Source of the DNA: a virus
Length of the DNA stretch: 58,184 bases
Virus record (IMG/VR): IMGVR_UViG_3300045988_095259
Location: 1-58,184 of that record
Strand: one strand, 5' to 3'
Shown: positions 1-10,100 of the stretch, piece after piece
Layout: every line of letters starts with the position of its first letter
Numbering within the stretch: the first letter of the stretch is position 1
The notes under the pieces: model-generated
Database searches by the model: none
Seen by the model: only the letters and a program-made list of their open reading frames with translations
What the model was told of the DNA's origin: nothing
Program-made: the position numbers and the translations under genes

Positions 1-75
1 ATGGGTTAAAACCGGACACCACCGTTGACGATTATTTTTCCTCTGTAGCCGCAAATGCGCTCGATAACGCATCCA
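1..75. repeat. Terminal overlap of a circularly closed contig (identical to 58110..58184)
   Basis: The first 75 nt (ATGGGTTAAAACCGGACACC...GATAACGCATCCA) recur exactly as the last 75 nt. An ORF reads in frame across the junction. Confidence 0.95.
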
Positions 76-1139
76 ACCCGCAGCGTTCACAGACGGCAAA
101 TGACCTGTGGGACGCATACAATAATAACAACAACCTGCTGAACGGCGAACTCAAGTATGACGCAAACGGCAATGTTGTGGGTGGCTTGAATCTTGACTAC
201 TACAACACAGGGAAAAATCAGCTTAGCTATCTGAATAATTTTGATATTACCGCACAGCCGTATTATCAGGGTATCATGGACGCATACCAGTTAAAGGGGA
301 ATAATGCAGCTCGTGGTGAACAGGCTTCCGGAGCGGCGAACAATGCGGGCAATATCGATTCCTATGCACAAGCGAACGCCAACAGGCAGCAGCTTGCATT
401 CACTACAGCCGGAATTGAATCTGCACTTGCAGCAGCAAACCAGAATCAGGCAAACTGGCAGAACGTTTACAACAGCATGGCAAACCGTCTGACCGGAATG
501 GAGAACAGCAACGCAAACACATTGAACGCATTCCAGAACATCTACGCAACAGATTCTGCGGAGCGGCAGAACACATTGAACACCGCCGCAAGCCTTGCAC
601 AGCAGGAAATGCAGGGCAAAATCAACAAGTACCTTGCGGATGTTGGTTATGATCAGGCAATTTACACAGCGGATAAGGAGCTGGAGGGCAGCAAGTATGC
701 TTCGGACGCAAACACACGTGCAGCACAGATTGCGGCAGATGCAGACAGATACGCCGCAAGCCAGAACTACGCCGGAAAGGTATACGCATCTGATGTGGAA
801 AAAGCGATTGCGGAAATGAATGCAAGAGGGAAAAATGGCGGCTACTATGGACTTGATGGCAACATTACAACGGCAGAATCTCTTGCAAGACAGATGTATG
901 ACGCATACAAGGGCGGCATGCTTGAAGGTGTTACAAGCAAGTACGACTTTGAGAATCTGCTGATTCAGGCTGGCATGGACGCAACGACAGCCGAGAAATG
1001 GGCGGATTATTATCTGAAACGCGACAAGGATATGTTCGCCGAAAATCCATCTTCAGGGAACACTTCTACTTCATCTGGCGGATTTGTTGGCGGCGGCTTA
1101 AAGAGTGTGCTTGACAATTACAATTCGTACAGACCGTAA
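1..1139 (+). CDS. 3' part of a ~450-aa N/Q/A-rich protein (putative virion internal/ejection protein); the 5' part is 57896..58184
   Basis: The frame of ORF 177..1139 stays open back to nt 3 and matches the frame of the ATG at 57896 once the 75-bp overlap is removed. Composition is Asn/Gln/Ala-rich and helical-looking. It sits immediately upstream of the giant gene behind a late-type promoter. The function is inferred from position only. Confidence 0.75.
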   Translation, partial: GLKPDTTVDDYFSSVAANALDNASNPQRSQTANDLWDAYNNNNNLLNGELKYDANGNVVGGLNLDYYNTGKNQLSYLNNFDITAQPYYQGIMDAYQLKGNNAARGEQASGAANNAGNIDSYAQANANRQQLAFTTAGIESALAAANQNQANWQNVYNSMANRLTGMENSNANTLNAFQNIYATDSAERQNTLNTAASLAQQEMQGKINKYLADVGYDQAIYTADKELEGSKYASDANTRAAQIAADADRYAASQNYAGKVYASDVEKAIAEMNARGKNGGYYGLDGNITTAESLARQMYDAYKGGMLEGVTSKYDFENLLIQAGMDATTAEKWADYYLKRDKDMFAENPSSGNTSTSSGGFVGGGLKSVLDNYNSYRP

Positions 1140-1150
1140 CGGAGGTAAAT

Positions 1151-4100
1151 ATGGCAAAAGATTACGCTGAAATGCTGCGTAAGGCGCGTGAGGGGTATAC
1201 CGCTGCAACAAGTGGCACTACCTCCGGCGCAAGCAAAAGCGGAGCAAAAGACTATGCAAAGATGCTGCAAGACGCACGGAACAGGGTACAGGGTATCCAG
1301 CCCAATAACAACGCAGACGCTGCACAGAGAGCATCCAATGCGCGTACAGTGGCAGCACGGTACTATACCAACAACCTACAGTACCCTGGAACGGTAAAGA
1401 AAACGCCGGAGCAGCAGTCGCACGACCGTGTTGTATATGCAAGGCAGCCGGCAGTACAGCAGCAGTTGAAGAACCGTGCGGATATGTTGAACATTGGGAA
1501 TGCAATCCAGGCAACGCCGCGCAGCCAGAGCGCAATGTCCGGCGCATCCATGGCACAGTCTCTTGCGCAGAATGTTCCGAACCAGTACGCTCCGGCGGAC
1601 AAGAATGCGCTGCCGAAATCGCTTGCAAACGTGCCGTCCAAGAACGTCGAACAGAAAGGCGCGCTTGAATATATCAGCGAAAAAGGGCAGGAAGCATTCT
1701 ATAACGCAAACCAGTCCATCAATCAGACCATTGAAGCAGCTTCACAAGCCGTGTTCGGTTTCTTTGGGGATGTTGTCAATAACAAGGGAGTATCGCCGGA
1801 GGAAAAACTCAATAGCGGTTTGACGAAAGCGAAAGAGAGATTTGTTGATACATTAGAGCAAAACCGTGCAGAAAATCCGTCGGACAGCACGACGGACGTT
1901 GTACCGGAGTACGAATCCGCACGGAGCAAACCTGCTGTGAAGATTGCTGGAGACGTGAATGCTGCCATGTCCTCCATACTGCCGCGATACATGTTAACCA
2001 TGGGAGCTTCAGGTTTGGGCGCAACCGCAGCAAGCGCAGCGGGAACACTCGGCATGGCAACATCAGCCGCGCAGACATTCCAGAACGCATACAACGAAGC
2101 GAGGAATGACGGTGCTGACGAGAACCAAGCGACGTTATTGGCGGCGAGAAATGCAGCCTCTGATGCAGTGATAGAAAGATTCACAGGTGGTGTTCTCGAA
2201 GGCGGTGCAGGCATTGCAGATTCCGCTATCCAGAAGTATGCCGGGAATGCACTCAATAATTTCTTCCGTTCCAAACCGATGGCAAAAACACTTTCGTATG
2301 TCGTTGCAAAAGGTATTGGCGAAGGAACGGAGGAGGTGCTGCAAGACATTGCAAAAACGGAAGCTAAGAGACTGACGTATGGTTCTGACGAAAAGTTAGA
2401 CCCTAAGTCTCTTGCGTATAGCGGCATTCTGGGTTTTGCTATGGGTTCTTTATTTGCCGGGATGGAAGCTCCGGCGCGGTATTCCGTGTACAAGTCCGAC
2501 TACAATACCGTAAACCTTCTGTCTATTGGCGCGGGAGAAGTTAAGAGCAATGCAGACGCAGATTCGATGGAAGCGACCGCTGATGCAATCATCAACGCCG
2601 CAGACAAAGCGATTGACGAATTGCAGAACGCGAAGCCTTCCGAGGATGTAGACGTAAAAGAGGAAATCTCGCGTCTGAATTATGTAAAAGACGGTGCGCA
2701 AAAAGTCAAGGATACGCTGAACGAGAATAGAGCGGACATCATCGAGCAAAACCTCGCGAAAGAGGATGCTACGCAAAACGCCGTTGACGGCACACCGGAT
2801 ACCATTATTGATGATACCGCAAAGCTTGTCAACACGGTCGCGGACACCATTGAACCTGACAAGAATGCCGTGAACGCTACGATTGACCATGTTGTGCAGG
2901 AAATTCGCAACACGGATGTGCAGCAAATTGTGGCACAGACGGATGTTGAAAAGCAGGAGATCGCCGCAAAGCGAAGCAAGCTCGAAGAAATCGACAAGAC
3001 GCTCCGAAACAACAGAAAAGACGTAGAAGAAGCACGTAAAGACACAAAGAACCAGAGCGACACGCCGGAAGTCGGGACAAAGAAAACTGTCTCTGAACCG
3101 ATTGAACCCACGTACAACGAAGGCAAAGGTGTTGTACAGTATTTCGTTCCCGGCAGAAAAACACCTGTTGCGACAAGTACGCAGTCTGACCTTGACACGC
3201 TGAAGCTGTTTGGTGGGAACACAACCATCAAGCAGGCATACGAAACCCCGCTTATGTCCGGACAAGGTGTAAAAACCGTTCTTGATGCGTATGTGTCGCG
3301 GGGATATGGCGATGTCACTCTGCACGATATGTTCGGTTTCGATGGTGAAAACCAGTTTGAAGCAAATGCGTCTCGCAATCCGAACGCAAAGGTTGTCCCG
3401 GTTGACAGTGCCAATGCAAGCACAGCAGAAGCTACTCCGACAACACTCACTCCGACTGCTGTAACCGAAAAAACCGCAGAAACGAGCGAGAAACCGTTGA
3501 CAACGGAGCAGAAGGATGCTACAATTCCGGTAGAGAACGCAGCTCAGGAACAGACCACGGCAGAACAGGCGAAACCAGAAGAAGCACCGACTCAGGAGGC
3601 ACAGACACCAGTAGCAGAAAGCGAAACAACCACAGACAACAGAACCAAACGCGCCCCGAATGAATTCTCGCTGAAGCACGTTGTAAAAAAGCACTCGAAA
3701 ACCGGAGAAGATTTGGACGTATACCAGATTCCGAAGAACCTTTCAAACAACGAATACGCACGTCTCAAAAAGAATATGGTCGGAATCGGTGGCTACTACA
3801 GCAGCTTTGTGAAAGGTTTCATCGTACCTCGCGACAAAATCGACCGTATTGAATATTTCGCAGATGTGGAGGAAGCAGCACCAGCGCAGAAGGTTGACGC
3901 AACAGCCGCTCCGCAGCAATCGGCAGAGACGGTCACTGCACCACAGCAGCCTGTCGAAAAGGTCGAGAATACCGCTGCTACGCTTCAAACGCCTGAAGAA
4001 CCGCAACCAGAACAGCCAAAGCAACAGGTTTTTCAAGAAACCGCACAGCAGGTTCAGAATAAACCCGCTTCCACGCAGATTTCTGATTACGTTCTCGACA

Positions 4101-7100
4101 AACTGACGAACAACGGAAAAATCACCACACAGGAACTGCAAAGCATTGCCGACAAAGCGCACGGCGGTACTATGGCAGAGGGCAAGTATGATGTGAAAGC
4201 CATGACAGATGCAATGGAACTGGGTGTTAACCGATACCTTATCGATACCATATCCAATGCACAATCTGATTTCAACTCGCCGAAAGCCGAAAAGGCGGTG
4301 GAATCCCTTGACGAAATCACGGAATCCATTCTGAACGCAATCCCTACGCAGACAAAGCGTTCCGAGGAACAGGTGTCGCTACAACAGTTTTCCACTCCAC
4401 CGAACATTGCCTACCTTGCATCTTGGATTGCCAACATTGACAACAAGGATACCGTGCTGGAACCGTCTGCCGGAATCGGCGGTCTTGCGTCCTTCGCGAA
4501 AGCGGATGGTGCTACGGTATACGTGAACGAACTGTCCGACAGCCGTTTGGAGATGCTGAAGCAGCTTCCTTTCGACGGGTTCTACAACGAGAATGCGGAA
4601 CAGATTAACAACATTCTGCCGGATTCCGTTTCTCCGTCCGTGGTACTGATGAACCCGCCGTTCTCATCCACAGGCGGAAGAACGAAAAATTCCACCAAAA
4701 ACGCAATCCCGCACATTGAACAGGCACTTCTCCGCTTGCAGGACGGCGGGCGGCTTGTTGCCATCGTTGGCAAGGGCATGGCAGACGATACGCCTACATT
4801 CCGGAATTGGTACAATGAACTTCGCGAGAAGTACAATATCCGTGCAAACATTGGTATTGACGGAGAGAATTACAAGAAGTACGGCACAACATTCGATGTG
4901 CAGATGCTTGTGATTGACAAGACCGGACCGCAAACCGGAGAGACCATCACAGGCACTTACAAAGACCTGCACGAAATTCCTAAGCTATTGGAGGGAATAA
5001 GAAATGACAGAAGTCGAAAAGATCAACAGCTCGAAACTGGGGAAAGTGGTCGGAAAGATGTTGGAATACATCGGGGAGCCGACGTACCTAAAGAACTCGG
5101 TGTGGCTGATACAATACGTGAGAATGTCAGCGGACATGATTCTGGCGTTCCACTGGGAGTATCCGAACAAGGAAATTCTTCTGGAGCAGGAAGAATTGTT
5201 GCAGATACTGAAAATCCCCAACACGCCGGAATCGTACAGACAGATGATGGAGGAAGTGAACGAGGAAGAAGTGATACAGGAATTCGAGAACGGTCTACAG
5301 ACGCTAAAGGACTACATGAAGAAGTATCCGAACGCGGACGAGGAGATATGGCTGTTCAACGGGGAGATAATGCAGGACACGATATTGACAGTGACGGCAG
5401 CACCGCGAGACGAGATAAGCCGAGAACTCGCGGGGATGAACGACTTGGACGCGGAGATGTAGCGGAATCCGCTAAGCAGTATCATAAGGCGGCATTGGAT
5501 TCATCGGAGGACAACGGTACATACGCTACATACACTCCCGAAAAGCTGAATATCAAGGGAGCGAAGCCCCATCCGACGAAGCTGGTAGAATCTTCTGCAA
5601 TGTCTTCTGTTCACGCGCCTGACCTGCATTACGTGCCAAACCTTGACCGCGATATTATCACAAAGGGCGTTCTGTCCGATGCGCAGCTCGAAGCTGTCAT
5701 GTACGCAGGTCAAGCACACGAAACCGTTCTACCAGATGGGAACAGAAAAGGTTTCCTTATCGGTGACGGTACAGGCGTGGGCAAAGGCAGAGAGATTTCC
5801 GGTATTATTCTCGACAATTTCAACAGCGGCAGGACGAAAGCTGTGTGGGTATCCGTATCATCCGGACTTGTAAACGATGCAAGACGAGACTGGGTTGACC
5901 TTGGTGGGAACGAGAAGGATGTTATAGATTTCTCGAAGGAAAAGGGCAAAAAAAGCGGCATCGGGAGATTTGACAAAGGCATCATGTTCGTCTCGTATGA
6001 CACCTTGAAAAGCGGGAAAAAAGGCGGAGAAACCAATGCGGATATAATCGCGGATTGGTTCGGCAAAGACTTCGATGGCGTGATTGTGTTTGACGAAGCG
6101 CACAAGGCTGGAAATCTGATTGGGGAAAAGACTGGTCGTGGTTCTAAAAAGCCATCACAGAACGCCATTAAAGCCAACGATTTTCAGAACTCCCTTAAAA
6201 ACGCACGTGTTGTGTATGCGTCCGCGACAATCGCCGATAAGGTTTCCGGACTTGCATTTGTATCTCGCCTTGGGTTATGGGGAGATGGAACACAATTCAG
6301 CGGCGTGGACGATTTCGTCGGCAAGATAGGCAGCTCCGGTATGGCAGCAATGGAGCTTGTCGCACGAGACATGAAAGCTACAGGTGCATACATATCCAGA
6401 AACCTGTCATACGATGGTGTTGGATACGATAGGCTTGAACACACACTCACGAAAGACCAGGTCTATATGTACAACACAATGAGCGAAGGTTGGCAGGTCG
6501 TTATGCAGGATGTTGATAAGGCAATGCGTATCACCGGCAATAAAAGCAAGAACGCCGATTCGCAGTTGTGGTCTTCCATGATGCGCTTCTATGATCAGGT
6601 GCTTGTATCCATGTCCATGCCAAGTGTAATCAGCGACATAGAAAAGCAGTTGTCTGACGGGAAGGCATGTGTTGTACAGGTTGTAAACACGCAAGAAGCA
6701 GCACAGGAACGTGCCGTTGAGAAGATGCGCGCGGACGGAAGCGAGGATTATGACAATCTCGACATCACTCCGAGACAGATTCTTGAACAGTACCTATTGA
6801 ACAGTTTCCCTGTCGAACAGTATGAGAAATACGTAGACGAGAACGGCAACGAGCAATCAAGAGTTGCGCGTGATTCAAAGGGACAGCCTATCACCAACAA
6901 GGAAGCTGTGGCAATGCGCGATGCTTTGTTGGAGAGAATAAAAGACATAAGCATTCCGGAAGGCCCAATTGATATGCTTATCAATCACTTTGGCAAGGAT
7001 AGGGTCGCGGAAGTATCTGGCAGAGACAGAAGGTTCATTAACGTAACGGATGAAAACGGAAACATAAAGCGTGTAGAGGATGTACGTGGGGACGGAGCGA

Positions 7101-10100
7101 AGAACGGCAGCCGCGCGGCGAACGACGCAGAAGCAAAGGCGTTTCAGGGCGGTGAGAAAGACATTCTTATATTCTCCGCACAAGCTGGAGGTACTGGCTA
7201 CAGTTATCACGCAGATAAGAGAGCGAAAAACAGCCGGCAGAGAGTTGGGTACATCCTGCAAACTGCTCCAAACTCGCAGCTTTTGATGCAGACGATCGGC
7301 AGAATCCACCGTTCAAACGAAGCGTTCCCGCCGATATACAAACTCGTTTCCACAGACCTTTCCGCGCAAAAGCGTTTTGTGACTTCGTCCGCAAGACGGC
7401 TTGAACAGCTCGGCGCATTGACAAAAGGGCAGCGGCAAGCAAGCGGAGGTATCTTCTCGGCAGACGACAATCTGGAAACGGATTTGTCCAGTGACGCACT
7501 TCTTGCGTTCTTTGATAGGCTTGGACACGGTAGAATCCCCGGCATGGATCCGAAAAAGATACTATCGAAGATGGGATATTCTAAGTATTTCTATGACGAA
7601 TACGGGAACTTCAAACTCAACAAAGACACAGGTTCGAACGTAACTCGCTTCTTAAACCGTATACTTGCGCTCGGTGTAGAGGACGGAGACAGAGTATTTG
7701 ATGCATTCATGGACATTCGTCAGGCATACTACGAAGCCGCAGAAGAAGCTGGAACGCTCGATACTGGTATGGAGAACGTGAAAGCGGATAGGCTGGACAT
7801 TGTGCAGCGAGAAACCGTGTACACGGATGAATCTACCGGAGCGGAAACGCAGTACGTACAAGCCAAAGTGTACAACAAGCCGACTGTTATCCAGACGCTG
7901 GACGATGCAATGGCGTACAGACCGCAATTTCAGGGCATCCGCCGCATGGAGGATGGCAGTGTAAGAGCGGTGTACAGAATCGCAGACCAGACCAATTCAT
8001 TTGGTATTCCGGTAAAGCGGTTCAGATTGCAGGGTGCGAACACGGCTGTATCCAACACCATGAGCGAAAAGAACATGAATGCGAAAACGGAAGAAATTCC
8101 GAAAGCAGAGTGGGAAGCCGTGTGGAAAGAAGCAGTCAAGGATGTTCCGGAATACAACGAAAGCGAACTGCACATGATTACAGGTGCGCTCCTTCCGGTA
8201 TGGAACAAGCTGCCGCAGGATGGAAACATCAAGGCAATGCGTATCACTGCCACGGACGGTACGCAGTATCTCGGCAGAGTGATCCCACCAAAGCAGATTG
8301 ACGCAGTTTTGCGCAGTCTCGGTGCAAGCAAAAGCTCCATCAAGAAGCAGTACACAGGAAAGGAACTGTACTCTGCTGTCATGGACAAGGCGCAGGCAGT
8401 CTCGTTTGATGGCTTGTATGGCGCAACATGGACAGTTTCAAGAAGACGTGTTTCCGGCGAAAATCGTTTGGAGGTAACAGGCAGAAACCTGTTCGCGTTC
8501 AAGGAGAAGTATCCGGACGTTTTCACAGAGACAATCCAGTACAAGCAGCGGTATTTCATCCCGGCAGGAAACAAGGGCGAAGAAATTCTCGGTAAACTTG
8601 CGGAAAAGGGAGTGCGCTCCGTCGGGAACCCAGAACCGGATGATGTGGCGTACTACTCCAAGACACAAGGAAACTGGGGTTCTCGTTCTGGGAAAGACGG
8701 TAAGCTGCCTATGCCGAAGAATATTTCCGACATCTACAAAGCAGCGAAAGAAATTTTCGGTATCTCAATCAACTCGGGCAAGGTTAAGAACGGTGCGGAA
8801 GGTGTGTACAACACCCACGCAAATACCATTCGCACAAGAGTGTACGGTGATTTGCCGACAATCGCGCATGAGCTGGGGCATATGTTCGACAAGCAATACA
8901 AACTTTCCGACATGGAATCCGTGAATGAGCTTGTGAAGAACTACAAGACAGACCTTGAAGAAGCAGGATACAACGAAAGCCTGTATCCGAAAGAAGCCGT
9001 TGCAATGTATTTCGCCGACCTGCTGCATGACGGAGAATACGCACAGCAGAAGAATCCGCAATTCAGCACTGCATTGTTCGATGCAATGAGCGACATTGAC
9101 AAGAACAAACTTGCCGACTTCAAGCAAATGACGGAAAACTACTTCCGTATGGACGATAAAGAGCGGCGCAGAGCGCAGGTGCGGTATCGCTACAAGGATA
9201 AGTCCACGATAGGCAAGGCGAAATTCCAGGTGGAATCCTTCCTGAGAGACCCAAAAGGATACATGGGCAAAAGAAGCCGTGATTTCATGCGCGAAATTTT
9301 TGACGATGTGTACGACCTTAAATATTTCGATGGTGCGCACACATTGGCAATGCGCGAACGGCAGTCCGACAGCATAGCAAAAGGGCGTTTGGAATACGCA
9401 TTCACGGACAACCACGGTAAGGTGATAGGCAAGAGCTTAAAGAGCGTTCTCTATGAGGGCGATATAACCGACCTGAATAAGAAAGACTTTGAAGCATATC
9501 TTATCGCGCGTGTCGCGCTTGATCGTCTGGAAAACAACGAGAAAGACCCGACAGCGGCGTATCTCGTGTACGCAGACAAAGACCTCGGCAGCAAAGAAGC
9601 ACTTGTGAATGCCATTCTCGACTATGAGAGAGAGAACCCGACATTCGCGGATACGGCGAACGGTGTGTACGAATACCGTCACAACCTGCTCACTGTAGCT
9701 GTGGCTTCCGGAATCATCTCCGAAAAACTCGCGGAAAGAATGGAGAAGCAACTGCCGCATTATGTTCCGCTGTCCCGCTATGTTGAGGATAAGAACAATG
9801 TGTCTCCGCTTGCGAAATTCAAGGGTTCCGGCAGGGACATCTATTCCCCGATAGAGAACCTTGCTACACAGACGGCAGCAATTACCAAGGCTATCCAGAA
9901 GAATGAGACGCGCAAGGCACTGTTCAATGCTATTGACACAAACGAGGATATGGGCTTGTGGGCAGAAAAAGTACCGCCGGATAAATTCTTTGACAGGGTT
10001 TCCACGCAGGAGATTCCGGATAAGATAATGAAATTCCTGCAAAGCGGTGGAAACGGCACCATGACTGACGATGATATGGTGGAATTCACGGAAGAACTCA

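Noticed and set aside
1723-3694. Very long antisense ORFs inside the giant gene (256 aa at 1723..2493 and 414 aa at 2450..3694), plus many others on both strands
   Set aside because: Their translations are Cys/Arg/Leu/Phe/Ser-rich junk with no SD or sensible start context. They arise because the purine-rich sense frame rarely creates stop codons on the complementary strand. They are shadow ORFs.
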